Positions 19,127-30,007 of a stretch of 59,604 nt of DNA are shown here, piece by piece. Made by a program: the position numbers and the translations under genes. This DNA is from Candidatus Heimdallarchaeota archaeon. GTDB lineage: Archaea > Asgardarchaeota > Heimdallarchaeia > Heimdallarchaeales > Kariarchaeaceae. The stretch lies in the NCBI GenBank assembly GCA_015523565.1, contig WAKA01000131.1:1-59604 (forward strand), read 5' to 3'. Positions within the stretch are counted from its first letter, which is position 1. Each line of letters opens with the position of its first letter. Below the pieces are notes generated by a model. It was not told the origin of the DNA, did not search any database, and saw only the letters and a list, made by a program, of their open reading frames with translations.

Positions 19127-20014
19127 TTATAAAAGGGATTCAAGTTCCTGTTCATTCAACACATGGTTAAGATTGTATTTGGCAAGCCACTTTTGTAGTG
19201 TCGCAGGTGCAACAGGCACGATACTCTGATCAAAAGCGGAAATTGTTGGAATGCCAAAAGCCCGAGCCCATCGGTCGCTTCCCCGTGTCAATTCATCAGG
19301 AGAAATCAGATTCCTCATGTATCTATGTTTAAGGGAACCATCTTCAAATTCTTCAAATATCCGCCCATAGCTCTTTCTCTCCAAAAAAGAGGAGAAATAA
19401 TAGTTGGACGAACGAGTCAACGGAATATTGACAGAAAGCAAATGTATTGATGTTGGAGGGGATTCGATAAATCGATGAACCAGTTTCGGGAAGATAGCCA
19501 ATGCTTTTCCAAAGTTTTCAGGGGTTCGAGGTTCATTTGCATATGGGGCACTGACCGCTATAGCTCTGACACCTGCAATGACTCCTTCAATGGCACCCCC
19601 GACAGTACCAGATGAAAAGAAATGACCTAAACTGGTATTGCTTCCAACATTCATTCCAGATATAACGAGCTGTGGTTTTTTATCTGATTTGTATATGCCA
19701 TAGTTCACGCAATCAGAAGGGGTTCCAGTTAATGTTGTTACAGTAAAGCCATCAACCTTGTAATTCTTGTCAATTTTAATGGTGTCCCTAATACTGATCT
19801 TTTTGGAGATCCAAGACTGCTCGTCGGCAGGGACAATAACTTCAAGGGAAATGTCCAAACCATAAGGAGGATCCTGTAATCGAAGAATTGATTCAATGGT
19901 TGGAACCAATGAGGGAGAGTTAACACCGTCATCATTGGTCAACAATATTCTTGTTTTTTTCACTGATAGTATTGGAGAAATATCCCACATAAAAATTGGC
20001 AAAGATATAAGCAA
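19127..20014 (-). CDS. surE: 5'/3'-nucleotidase SurE
   Basis: ILLTNDDG, P..EQS, GTPSDCV, VISGMNVGSN, SGTVGGAIEG. Confidence 0.93.
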   Translation of the reverse strand: MLISLPIFMWDISPILSVKKTRILLTNDDGVNSPSLVPTIESILRLQDPPYGLDISLEVIVPADEQSWISKKISIRDTIKIDKNYKVDGFTVTTLTGTPSDCVNYGIYKSDKKPQLVISGMNVGSNTSLGHFFSSGTVGGAIEGVIAGVRAIAVSAPYANEPRTPENFGKALAIFPKLVHRFIESPPTSIHLLSVNIPLTRSSNYYFSSFLERKSYGRIFEEFEDGSLKHRYMRNLISPDELTRGSDRWARAFGIPTISAFDQSIVPVAPATLQKWLAKYNLNHVLNEQELESLL

Positions 20015-20088
20015 ATGGAGAGGAAATTTATTGCAAAATCAATCAAGTGAAAAAATAAATTTTAAGACCGTATTTTCGAGGGCAGGAT

Positions 20089-21414
20089 ATGGGTTCGGCT
20101 TTCGGAAAACTCATCCACACCCTGTTAGAGAAAGCCAATACCGAAAAGATGAGAGAAACAATTATTCTTTTGAGGAAAAGGGAGTACCGAAAATTATGGG
20201 GGTCGGAATTCATTTCCGAAATTGGAAACTATTTTTCTTTTTTTGGTATTATTTTTTATGTCATTAAATTGACGGAAGAGGGTGGGACATTGGAAGCCGC
20301 CCAAACATTAACCGTCATAGTCATTTTCCAAGTGGTTCCAACATTGATTATCGGACCTTTCATAGGTGTGCTTGTAGATAAAATCAATAGGAAGATAATT
20401 TTATTGAGTGCAAATATTATGGGAGCATTTGTAGCATATGGGTATAGTCAATCCACAACCATTTCACAGATTTATGCATTGGTTATTGTTCATTCATTTG
20501 TAAGATTGGTGTTCTATCCGACACGAACGGCAATCCTGCCGAGACTTGTTGAAAAAGAAGAACTGTTGCATGCAAATTCAATGATTCAAATATCGGTTCA
20601 ATTTTCAAGATTGATTGGCCCGTTGTTGGCAGGCATTGTCCTAAGTCAGTTCGGATTTAGAACAGGGTTCCTCATTGATGGAGTATCCTATATTATTGCG
20701 GCAATCATAGTAGTGATGATTTCCACAAACCTATCCCCAAAGGGAGGAGAAATTAAGACATCACCATTGCATGACATGAATTTTGCACTTAAAGAGATCA
20801 ATAAGAGTTCACAACTGAGATTTCTTTTCACCTCATCATTCATATTGTTGGTAGGGGTTGGAATTTTGGACCCATTGTTGGCACCATATTTGAACAGTGC
20901 ATTTGGATTTTCTCCAAGGGAATTTGGTGGACTTTTGGCATTTTCTGCGGTAAGTGGGGCATTTTCGACAGTTTTACTTATTGCAAAGGGGAAGTTTTCC
21001 AATAAGTTGAAATTGATTGCATATGGGTATATCTTGGGGGGAATTGCCATGATTTTATTGGGAGAGGCTTCCCAATACAATAACATACTTCTGCTCTACA
21101 TTGCAGCAGGTTTTTTGGGAATTGTGAATGTAGGGGTATATATTCTTACAGCGACCTTTATTCAAGAGACTGTCAAAGATGAACATCTTGGAAAAATAAA
21201 TGGGATGTTTGCTACAAATCTTGTGCTCGGACAGTTGGTGGGATCATTTGTGGCCTCATTGTTGATTAGGCATTTGGCATATGAAGAAATTTTCATGATG
21301 GTGGGACTAATTATCACCATATCAGGTTCACTTTCAGTATATTCAATTAGTAAGTATGATTTAGACCAAACAGAGCAAGAATTTCCATATATTGCTCTAG
21401 GATTTGGAAAATGA
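20089..21414 (+). CDS. MFS transporter (DHA3/macrolide-efflux-like)
   Basis: About 12 TM helices; motif A GVLVDKINRK, LLHANS, IGPLLAG, IDGVSY. Confidence 0.9.
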   Translation: MGSAFGKLIHTLLEKANTEKMRETIILLRKREYRKLWGSEFISEIGNYFSFFGIIFYVIKLTEEGGTLEAAQTLTVIVIFQVVPTLIIGPFIGVLVDKINRKIILLSANIMGAFVAYGYSQSTTISQIYALVIVHSFVRLVFYPTRTAILPRLVEKEELLHANSMIQISVQFSRLIGPLLAGIVLSQFGFRTGFLIDGVSYIIAAIIVVMISTNLSPKGGEIKTSPLHDMNFALKEINKSSQLRFLFTSSFILLVGVGILDPLLAPYLNSAFGFSPREFGGLLAFSAVSGAFSTVLLIAKGKFSNKLKLIAYGYILGGIAMILLGEASQYNNILLLYIAAGFLGIVNVGVYILTATFIQETVKDEHLGKINGMFATNLVLGQLVGSFVASLLIRHLAYEEIFMMVGLIITISGSLSVYSISKYDLDQTEQEFPYIALGFGK

Positions 21415-21854
21415 TCACGGCAGAAAAAGCGGCAGAAACATTTGTATCGGTCACAAGGCTTAGGAAAGGCTATTTTTTGGTTTATAGGATATTGGTTATT
21501 GCAATATTGATTTCATTTATTTTTTCTAGGGAAAGGACAACTACCGTATTGTTGTCTTTAGTGATCTTATTGGGTGCCTTGATTTATTTGGCGGCTTTGG
21601 TTTTCGAGAATTTCATAAAAATGGGTGTTTTAGGAGACATGTTCGGCAAAATGGCACTGAAAGAGGGGAATTCGTGGGTGTCAAAACAAGACAAGGACAT
21701 CAGGCTTGAATTTGGAAAGGGAGAAATGAGGCTTTTGAATGGAAATAATGAATTAGACAAAATGAGATCAGACATTTTGGAAGAGAAGTCTATAGGACAG
21801 TTTCTGGAGAAAAGTCTTAACTTGTTCAAAACACAGAAAAATTTGAAGAAATGA
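21411..21854 (+). CDS. Hypothetical two-TM membrane protein
   Basis: Overlaps both neighbours by ATGA; two hydrophobic segments. Confidence 0.65.
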   Translation: MITAEKAAETFVSVTRLRKGYFLVYRILVIAILISFIFSRERTTTVLLSLVILLGALIYLAALVFENFIKMGVLGDMFGKMALKEGNSWVSKQDKDIRLEFGKGEMRLLNGNNELDKMRSDILEEKSIGQFLEKSLNLFKTQKNLKK

Positions 21855-22750
21855 GCGATATTGATTTTTATTCAAGATTGAGTAATTCCCTTGTAAAAGA
21901 GGAAAAGTTGTCAAGACCTGTCGTAATAAGGGGTCAATATAAGGAGGCACTGGAACTTCTAGAGGATGCCGCGGCAAGTCAATTGACACCAATGCTCTTG
22001 GGACCTCCAGGAACTGGGAAAACAATTATTGCGAGGTATTTTGCGGAAAAGCAAAAGGTTCCATTTGAGTGGATGACGTTTGATGAGGCAACAAAGCCCC
22101 AACATTTGGTGGGGTCTTTTGATCCAGCAATTGCCTTCAAAAAAGGATTTACAAATGATGCATTTGTGCCAGGACCATTAACAAAGATGATGGTGAACGG
22201 GGGCATTTTTTTTGCAAACGAATTGAACAGAGCCACAGAATACACACAAAACACATTATTGGAACCATTGGAGGAAAGGAGCATCTATTTGCCAAGGATT
22301 GGAAGAATTCAAGCACATGAGAACTTTTTCATGATCGCTGCGGCAAACCCTGCCGATTTGGCGGGAACATATAGGTTGTCAGAAGCATTGAAGGATCGAA
22401 TCAAAGTATGGATATCGTTGACATACCCTGAAAGAGAGGTTGAGATTGAGATAATCAAGGCAAACATTCCTGAAGTGCAGTTAAACGATTACTATATTGA
22501 GAAGGTTCATGATCTTATTGCAGTGACACGAAATTCAAAGGAAGTCGAAAGACCTGCATCAATCCGAACAGGTATAGCTTTGGCAAAATTGATTTGGAAA
22601 AAAATAGAGAAAGAAGGCGATATTGATGAAAGGGATCTGGAAAACATTGCCTATAGGGTATTATTAGGAGGGATAAAATTTAAGCCGGGAATCGATAGGG
22701 AGAAGGCAATTTGGACAGTGATAAAAACGGGACTCAAAGGAGAGCCATGA
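21851..22750 (+). CDS. MoxR-family AAA+ ATPase
   Basis: GPPGTGKT Walker A, FVPGPL, FFANELNRA variant Walker B, AAANP, LSEALKDR. Confidence 0.92.
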   Translation: MSDIDFYSRLSNSLVKEEKLSRPVVIRGQYKEALELLEDAAASQLTPMLLGPPGTGKTIIARYFAEKQKVPFEWMTFDEATKPQHLVGSFDPAIAFKKGFTNDAFVPGPLTKMMVNGGIFFANELNRATEYTQNTLLEPLEERSIYLPRIGRIQAHENFFMIAAANPADLAGTYRLSEALKDRIKVWISLTYPEREVEIEIIKANIPEVQLNDYYIEKVHDLIAVTRNSKEVERPASIRTGIALAKLIWKKIEKEGDIDERDLENIAYRVLLGGIKFKPGIDREKAIWTVIKTGLKGEP

Positions 22751-24700
22751 ATGCTGACAAGTATTGAAGAATTTGCCATAGAATTTGTCAAAAGGGCAAG
22801 AAATCAACACCTTTTGTTATCAACAAGACAAGCGATTACAATTACACAGTTGGGAACATCAAGAAGAATCAGAAAAAGACGAATCACAGTTTCAGATCTG
22901 GTGGAAATTGCAAAAATAACAACACCACCACCACATCAGGAGTTGGCGGAAAAAATAGCGAGGAATATCTTGTCAGGAAAGTCCCTGCAACGCATAGAAA
23001 CAAACAAGGAATTGCAAGATGAATTGGATAAGTTCAAGAAAAAAAAGGCATCAAAACTGGAAAAATCACAAAAAGAGAAAATAGTTTTTCAATCAGACAC
23101 ATCAAACGATATTTTTGCAAAATTGAAAATCAACCCTGAAACCATAACAATGGAAGATTTTGAAGAAGGAATAAAGGAAAAGGTAGATTCCTTGGGTGCA
23201 GTTAAGACATTGGAAGAATTGGGAAAGATAGACATGCTTGAAAATACAGATTTTACAAGTTATTTCAGGGAATTAGAAGCGGAAAAACTTGAAAAGGCAT
23301 CAATTGAGGAATTACTAGAACATGCAATAGAAAACGAGACATGGATTGAGTTACTCAAGAAAAAAGTTGAGGGAATACGTCAACAGAACAAAGAAACCAT
23401 TGAAAGAATATTGGAAAAATTACTACAGACAACACAGAATTTTTTGGATGAAGAAATTAAATTTGAACTTAAAGAAGATGTAATTTCGAAGTTATTTAAA
23501 GAATTGGTGGATAAAGCAGAGAACTATGAAGAACTCAAACAAATCAAGGAAGATTTCAGGGATATGGAAACAAATATTGAGCAAATCCTTATGGAAAAGG
23601 GAAAGGAATTGGGATTGAACGAGATAGAGTTGTCAAACCTTTCAATGGATAGTTATAGCATTCTCCAAACAATGATAAAGTTTGATGTTGATGATTTCAG
23701 GGAATTTTCAACGATCTTAAGCAAATCTAGCTTGAACATTATGCAGATAGACAATATCATAAAAAGTGCAATTTCAAAAAAGATGGCAAGTGCCACTGCT
23801 GCATTAATGGAAAAGCATTTTTTGCAAACAACTAGGGAGCTTGCTAAGCATGAAAATGGGGAAGAACTCTTCAGAAATGCGCTGGGAATGGCACATGGGG
23901 AAAACCTGCTGAGAAATTATTACAAGGTTGGGGATTCTATTCCAAGTCCATTAAAGGAGATATTGAAGGAATATGCAAAACAAATACTGATCGAAACCGC
24001 AAAAGTTCGAAAACATGAATATGGTCTTGGAATGGGATTTGGTAATTTGTTGGGAGTATTGAGACCATATACATTGGGAGATGAATTTGAACAAATTGAC
24101 ATTGAAAATTCATTGGATCATCTCTTGCTTTTGGGGAAGACACCAGATAATTTTGAATTGGAAGAATTATTGGTAAGAGATTATGAAAAGGGAAAAAGGG
24201 ACATTATCATTTTAATTGATAAAAGTGGAAGCATGACAGGACAATCCATTGCAACTGCGGCATTATCCACAATGATATTGACATATGCATTGGAGAAAGA
24301 TAATTTAGGGGTTGCATTTTTTGATTCCAATACATCAGTTGCCTGTAACCTGACGGATAGAGAAAAAGACATGCAATTATTGTTGGAAACAATTCTTGGA
24401 TTGAAAGCGCAGGGTGGGACAATGATTGGAAGAGCCTTGGACTGGGCCAATGACCAGTTCAACAAATCAAAATCAAAAGAACAGGGGCTCTTTGTAGTGA
24501 CAGACAGCCAGATTGCAGACATTGACCATAAATTGGATCTATTGCAAAAACTAGTCGAAAGAAATGTAAAGGTAACATTTTTGATGACGAAGGAACAAGT
24601 GAATAAAACTGTGTTGACAAAGATAGGGATAACAACAGTTTTTATGAATTCTTGGGATGAACTTGTTCCAAAACTTGCATCAATTCTTGAAAACAGATGA
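22751..24700 (+). CDS. von Willebrand factor A (vWA/CoxE-like) domain protein with long helical N-terminus
   Basis: MIDAS LIDKSGSM, GGT.IG.AL, VVTD; LRPY..GD...IDIENSL pre-vWA segment. Confidence 0.88.
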   Translation: MLTSIEEFAIEFVKRARNQHLLLSTRQAITITQLGTSRRIRKRRITVSDLVEIAKITTPPPHQELAEKIARNILSGKSLQRIETNKELQDELDKFKKKKASKLEKSQKEKIVFQSDTSNDIFAKLKINPETITMEDFEEGIKEKVDSLGAVKTLEELGKIDMLENTDFTSYFRELEAEKLEKASIEELLEHAIENETWIELLKKKVEGIRQQNKETIERILEKLLQTTQNFLDEEIKFELKEDVISKLFKELVDKAENYEELKQIKEDFRDMETNIEQILMEKGKELGLNEIELSNLSMDSYSILQTMIKFDVDDFREFSTILSKSSLNIMQIDNIIKSAISKKMASATAALMEKHFLQTTRELAKHENGEELFRNALGMAHGENLLRNYYKVGDSIPSPLKEILKEYAKQILIETAKVRKHEYGLGMGFGNLLGVLRPYTLGDEFEQIDIENSLDHLLLLGKTPDNFELEELLVRDYEKGKRDIIILIDKSGSMTGQSIATAALSTMILTYALEKDNLGVAFFDSNTSVACNLTDREKDMQLLLETILGLKAQGGTMIGRALDWANDQFNKSKSKEQGLFVVTDSQIADIDHKLDLLQKLVERNVKVTFLMTKEQVNKTVLTKIGITTVFMNSWDELVPKLASILENR

Positions 24701-24706
24701 TGTCAA

Positions 24707-26596
24707 ATGGTGAAAGACAATAAAATCAGAGTTGGAAAAACCACAGGAGTAATTGAATGGGGCATTTCAGAAGATAGGGGATATTGTATCATTGAGGAAA
24801 ACAACAACATAATTTACGTGGCAAAAGAACAAGATACAATTGTTCATCATTGTTCAAAGACAATAAACACATGTAAGCATATTGATGAGCTCAGCCATTT
24901 TTATAGGCAACAGGGCATTCCGTTTATTGCAAGGAAAAGGAGTTTTGAAAGTGCCAGAAAAGCATCAATAAAAATTTTGTCACAATTATTGCAGGAGGGG
25001 AAGATAAGTGCAGAATCACCAATACAATTGCTCCGTGTCTTTCAATTGATGCCAGAGAGACAATTCAGAATGCTTTGGAGACAGATTTCATTGAAATGGG
25101 TAAATCAATCGCCACTCAATAGAATGTTTGAACTAACAGGGGTAACCATAAGTGCAGTTCGACAGATTTCTGCAATGAAGGGAAAGGAAGGACTAGCAAG
25201 CAGATCCATTAGAATCGTGGAAGAGCAACTTTTTAACAAACATCTTGTTTCAGAAATTGATGCAGAAAATTGGAAAACAATCCTTAAGGAAGTCTATAAT
25301 ACATATCAATCAGCAAAGGAACAGGTAATAAAAGAAATTAAGAGAAGAGTAGATGGATTTTGGAAAGACAGGAATGAAGAAATTGTTAAAACCATGTTCA
25401 TGATGCATTGCATTGATACTTGGATTAAAGAAATAGAGGAATGGACAGGGATAAATCCCACCATGAACATAAAACATGAAATCACGCCATATCTAGACAA
25501 ATTCAAGAATTCAAATTCAAAAATTGCAAGGAACAAGATAGGTTTTGCTTTAGCTCTTGCCAATGAAACCCACCCACCAATGGATTTGAAGAAACTGAGA
25601 TTGAGAAAGTTGGAACTTAAGAAATATATGAGTGAAACATTTGGGATCAGCAATGAGAAAAGACGGAAGAATGCAATTACATTGGACGATTTCTTTATCT
25701 ATCTGTTGGAAAAATTGAAAGCAAGACCCTCATATGATTTCCCCATTCGCAGATATTATGACAATGTATATCTTCCAGAATCCATTCTTATGGACTATCC
25801 AATTTTAAGATTCATATTGGAAAGAATCAAACAAGAGAATTATTTGACATATGATGATGTGACAAACCATTTGAAATTGTTCAAATGGCTTGGAGGAGAA
25901 AAAATCCAATCAAATTATAAAGACAGACTTTTAGGGACAAGCAATCCCATAATACCAGCCAATGCGTTCATTGTCCAATGGGATATCCGTTCAAATTATG
26001 GAGAAGGGGACATAATGCATTTCCAATATGATGGCAGGACATATGAGCTTGATTTCAGTGAAGCAATAAAAATGGGAATAGCACCCTTTTCTTACACAGT
26101 CTGTACCATTGAAAGAGAAGGAAAGATCAATATATTTGAAATCATCAATGCAGAGACGGTTTTAAAATCAATCGAGAGCCAACCAATTAAGATAGTAAGT
26201 TCATTACTCCCTTGGTATCTATTGACAGACAAAGAGACAATAGAATTGACACAATTGAACAAGGGAATCAGGGAATGCAAAGAAAAATGGTTTATCCAAG
26301 GTGCACAAATATTGGAGAAGAAACTGCAGGAATTTCTGGAAAATGAGTGGTGGTATCATGATTCAAGAAAATATGAAGAAATAAAGGAGAGATTGATCAA
26401 CGGGGAGTTCAAATATGGAAAAGAAGAACTATGGGATTTAATCCCGAAACGAATACAAGAACTAATGGAAATGGACATTCCTGAAAGTAAGGTCAGAGAC
26501 ATGCTGTTGATTGAGGCAATTAAGATATCACCAGACATATATACAGCTCTTGAATACATCATTAAGAAATTTGGGAGAAATGACAGCCGTAATTAA
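24707..26596 (+). CDS. Hypothetical protein with N-terminal SWIM-like zinc finger
   Basis: HHCSKTINTCKHI after beta-strand segment; closely follows the vWA gene. Confidence 0.6.
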   Translation: MVKDNKIRVGKTTGVIEWGISEDRGYCIIEENNNIIYVAKEQDTIVHHCSKTINTCKHIDELSHFYRQQGIPFIARKRSFESARKASIKILSQLLQEGKISAESPIQLLRVFQLMPERQFRMLWRQISLKWVNQSPLNRMFELTGVTISAVRQISAMKGKEGLASRSIRIVEEQLFNKHLVSEIDAENWKTILKEVYNTYQSAKEQVIKEIKRRVDGFWKDRNEEIVKTMFMMHCIDTWIKEIEEWTGINPTMNIKHEITPYLDKFKNSNSKIARNKIGFALALANETHPPMDLKKLRLRKLELKKYMSETFGISNEKRRKNAITLDDFFIYLLEKLKARPSYDFPIRRYYDNVYLPESILMDYPILRFILERIKQENYLTYDDVTNHLKLFKWLGGEKIQSNYKDRLLGTSNPIIPANAFIVQWDIRSNYGEGDIMHFQYDGRTYELDFSEAIKMGIAPFSYTVCTIEREGKINIFEIINAETVLKSIESQPIKIVSSLLPWYLLTDKETIELTQLNKGIRECKEKWFIQGAQILEKKLQEFLENEWWYHDSRKYEEIKERLINGEFKYGKEELWDLIPKRIQELMEMDIPESKVRDMLLIEAIKISPDIYTALEYIIKKFGRNDSRN

Positions 26597-26630
26597 AGAG
26601 GATTATAAAGTTTGAAAATTTATTTGGATT

Positions 26631-27893
26631 GTGCCCCATATTTCAGAGAAAATGATCATAGCCTCAATTTTGGTGGGAATCGTTGTCATTGCACCCATTT
26701 CCATGTGGGTATATGTGGACAATCAAGCAGAAAAAGCAAAACAAGACCTAGAGAATGCACAATTTATGATATATGATGTGGACATCCTGAACATAAGCAA
26801 TGGGCAAATATTTTTTAATATTACAGGGGAAGTTAAAAATTTGAATACAACACGTTCAGAAGTGTTTACGATAGAGAGTTTTCAATTGATTTTGGATCCA
26901 AATGCATCCAGACCAGTTGTTATTCCAGTTGACACTAATGCGATATCAACCGTAATGGACAATATGTCATTTTCATTTGTTTCGTCAATTGAAATTAAAG
27001 ATTTGGAAAATTCCGACAGCCCTTTTTTGGGGAATTTAATCTCTTCAGGAATGTTTGACATCCCATTTCTTGGAAGAATTTCTGCCAAAGCAAATGGAAT
27101 CAGGAAAAGCATTGAATTTGACAATGTCCTACATTTTTACTTATCAAGGGGCATTGTAATGAATGTAACAGAAATCTCAAATCCAATCAGTTCCAAATCA
27201 GTTGACACCAATGTTACAATCATGATTTCAAATCAGTTTTCTGCTGATTTTGACATTACAGGAATTGTAAAAGTAAATATGGGGGAATTAGTATTGGGAA
27301 ATATAGATTTAACCAATCCATTGACTTTAGAGTCGGGATCCAAAGAATATAAGCTTCCATTAAAGTTGGAAAGATCATACAAAGAGAGTCTTCAAAGTCT
27401 GATTACAAGTGAAAATTTCACTTTTGTAGTAGAAGGGGAGATAACTGTAGTCAATGAGAATGCGGAAATCCCTGCGGAAATTCAATTGAAAGTTGAAACG
27501 GGTGAGGGGTTAACACCTTTGGGGTGGCAAGTTGACAATTTTGTTATCAATGATTATGATCCATTTAGTGGAAACGGGACAGTTGTCTTTAATATAACAA
27601 TATTCAACAACCTACCAATCACAATCCCCATCAATTTCCTTGAAATGGACCTGGCAACACTTACCAACATAAATTTTGCAACTGTCTTTTGGGACGGGAA
27701 GGCAACATACATTCCAAAATATTCCTATGAAAAGCTTTTCAATGTCACAGGATTTTTGAAGGGCGTGAATGCAATCCTTTTGGGCAAGATTACTCAAGAC
27801 AAGGCAATCAAGGTTCCAAAAGCAATAATAAGGATATTTACACAACTTGACGAGTTTGATCTGGTTTTTTCCATAGACCATATCGATCTATAA
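26631..27893 (+). CDS. N-terminally anchored extracellular beta-sandwich protein (LEA_2/WHy-like repeats)
   Basis: Single N-terminal TM; three beta-rich modules with I.N-type motifs (EVKNLN, ISNQFS, IFNNLPITI); many N-X-S/T. Confidence 0.55.
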   Translation: MPHISEKMIIASILVGIVVIAPISMWVYVDNQAEKAKQDLENAQFMIYDVDILNISNGQIFFNITGEVKNLNTTRSEVFTIESFQLILDPNASRPVVIPVDTNAISTVMDNMSFSFVSSIEIKDLENSDSPFLGNLISSGMFDIPFLGRISAKANGIRKSIEFDNVLHFYLSRGIVMNVTEISNPISSKSVDTNVTIMISNQFSADFDITGIVKVNMGELVLGNIDLTNPLTLESGSKEYKLPLKLERSYKESLQSLITSENFTFVVEGEITVVNENAEIPAEIQLKVETGEGLTPLGWQVDNFVINDYDPFSGNGTVVFNITIFNNLPITIPINFLEMDLATLTNINFATVFWDGKATYIPKYSYEKLFNVTGFLKGVNAILLGKITQDKAIKVPKAIIRIFTQLDEFDLVFSIDHIDL

Positions 27894-28757
27894 GAAAAGA
27901 GATGAAATAAGTATCAGTGGATATAAAGACAAAAATGTAATCAGAATTGAATCAGTAAATTCAAAATCAAATTGCTCCATTAAAAATGAGACTTGAAAAA
28001 TCGCCAACATTGTGCTGCTTAGAAAGGCAAGAACCCCTTGAAAAATTGGAATTGAGACCACATCAGGTGAATTTTCAATGAGCAAAACAAGTCCAAATAT
28101 AATCCCAGGAATAAACAGTGGGGAGAGAAAAACATAGTTTCTGAGAAAGGCAGACACAATGGTAGATTTAGGAGGAAAATCCAATGTCCCCTTTACCTTG
28201 CGGTAAGCCATGGAAACAAAGAAGATCATGAGATTCATAGAAGATGCCCAAATGATGATGGACAAGAAAGAATCCCAAAAGTCAACCTTAGTTCGAAAAT
28301 CAACCAATGTTCCAAACTGAATCATTTGGGTCGATGAATATAGGGACGAAAGAAGTAAATAGAGTATAATAACTTGTTGAATCACGAACCAAAGGGGTGC
28401 TTGGTTTATCCTATGCATTGCCTTGCTCAAGAACATTGGTACAACGGGTTTTTCTTCCACCTCTATGGTTTCATCCTCATCTTTCAAGATAAGTAAAGCC
28501 TTTTGACCCAGATCGCTAAGTATATATTTTTTGTCAAAGGTTTGTTGTATTAACCCTTTCATTTTTTTGATATGCCAATAGAACGATCCACTTTCCATCC
28601 CTGTCTCTTCAAGGATTTCAGAATAGGATATTGGACCATCTGCAATCAAGAAAAATAGTTTCAATCTATTGGTATTGCTTAATGGCTTGAATATTTCCTC
28701 AACTCGGGTTTTCAATAGATCAAAGTCATGTTGATCGCCTTTATCCCGAGAGAGCAT
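27888..28757 (-). CDS. ArsR-like winged-helix regulator fused to a multi-pass membrane domain
   Basis: IFKPLSNTNRLKLFFLIADGPISYSEI...SGSFYWHIKKM...YILSDLG, then about 5 TM helices. Confidence 0.82.
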   Translation of the reverse strand: MLSRDKGDQHDFDLLKTRVEEIFKPLSNTNRLKLFFLIADGPISYSEILEETGMESGSFYWHIKKMKGLIQQTFDKKYILSDLGQKALLILKDEDETIEVEEKPVVPMFLSKAMHRINQAPLWFVIQQVIILYLLLSSLYSSTQMIQFGTLVDFRTKVDFWDSFLSIIIWASSMNLMIFFVSMAYRKVKGTLDFPPKSTIVSAFLRNYVFLSPLFIPGIIFGLVLLIENSPDVVSIPIFQGVLAFLSSTMLAIFQVSFLMEQFDFEFTDSILITFLSLYPLILISSLFL

Positions 28758-28783
28758 TAATTACAGAACCTACCTTATCTGTT

Positions 28784-29941
28784 TTAAGGGTATTTCTTTT
28801 TTTTCTGCATAATCACAAGAAGTGCTGTAATGAACGGCAATGCAACAAGTTGTCCATACCATTGTATCTGCGGGGATAATGAAACAATTTTTTGATATTC
28901 TTGAAATAGGCTTGCACTAAAATCGGGGTCGTGAATAATCATCCTACCAGATGGATAAATCAGCCCATAGCCAAGAGAAGCATCCTTTTTTAAGCGATAA
29001 TATGTTTGGTTAAGTTTTGCCAAACGGGTGGAATAATTGCTTTTTTGTTTTTTGACATTGACAACCTTGTCCATTCCATCAACTTTCACATTAGGAACCC
29101 AAGAATAATTAATATTTAATAGAGAGCCATGTCGCAATGATATTTTGGAAGGGCGGATAGAGGTATTCCCTATATTCTCATACTTTTGGACTGTCTGGAT
29201 CTGGGATCTTGCCTCGAGAAAATCCTTGGGAAAATCAACTCTCATGAAAATTCTCAGGAGTACTGGAAGGATGATAAGATTAATTCTTTCTTTAGGCATG
29301 TTGAACAAATAATGGTTGATTTTCAAACTTAAACCAATGTTCCTCCCAAAACTTTTTTTCTCAGATATTGAATAGGAATTGATGTTTTCTTGTCTGATAA
29401 CTGGAATTTTTTTTGTGGTCTCTATTTGTGATGCATTAATTTGAAAATTAAGTACGATACTTGAATTTTTTAAGGCAGGAACAACGTCCAGACTTGCGGA
29501 CAAGTTGACTGATAACTGTGCAATTGTACCAATCCGTCTCTTTTGAACATCTATATTCCAATCCAAGTTAGAGAACATGAGGTGCTGACGAAAAGTTTTG
29601 CCTTGTGGATTACGGATTTGAAATAAAAGTTTCGGGAACGAAAGAAATATAACCTGTGTTGATTGGATTGGGATTTTGTATCCATTTTTTTCAAAGTATG
29701 CCAGATTTGTTTGGGTAATCATTGCAAAATGTGCGGCATAGCTATTGTTGCTTTGTCCTGCAAGGAACAGACCCATGAAATTATCATATCGGACACCATA
29801 AAATTTTGTATTTGTTGAATTAAAGGATACTCCATGGTATTCTTGGAAAATTGCACGCCGAACTGGACGGACATTGGCTTGAGCAGGCAACAAGGGCATT
29901 ACAAGCAACAATACAATAAAAATTGAATGAATGGATTTCAA
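28784..29941 (-). CDS. Secreted, C-terminally anchored surface protein (HDPDF motif), basic
   Basis: Signal peptide ending AQA, beta-rich body, YPSGRMIIHDPDFS, terminal TM plus KKKK. Confidence 0.7.
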   Translation of the reverse strand: MKSIHSIFIVLLLVMPLLPAQANVRPVRRAIFQEYHGVSFNSTNTKFYGVRYDNFMGLFLAGQSNNSYAAHFAMITQTNLAYFEKNGYKIPIQSTQVIFLSFPKLLFQIRNPQGKTFRQHLMFSNLDWNIDVQKRRIGTIAQLSVNLSASLDVVPALKNSSIVLNFQINASQIETTKKIPVIRQENINSYSISEKKSFGRNIGLSLKINHYLFNMPKERINLIILPVLLRIFMRVDFPKDFLEARSQIQTVQKYENIGNTSIRPSKISLRHGSLLNINYSWVPNVKVDGMDKVVNVKKQKSNYSTRLAKLNQTYYRLKKDASLGYGLIYPSGRMIIHDPDFSASLFQEYQKIVSLSPQIQWYGQLVALPFITALLVIMQKKKKYP

Positions 29942-30007
29942 TTGTCTTCAATTATATATGATGCCTTAGGGCATATATACTTACAGCTTAAGAAATCTTG
30001 GGGTGTA

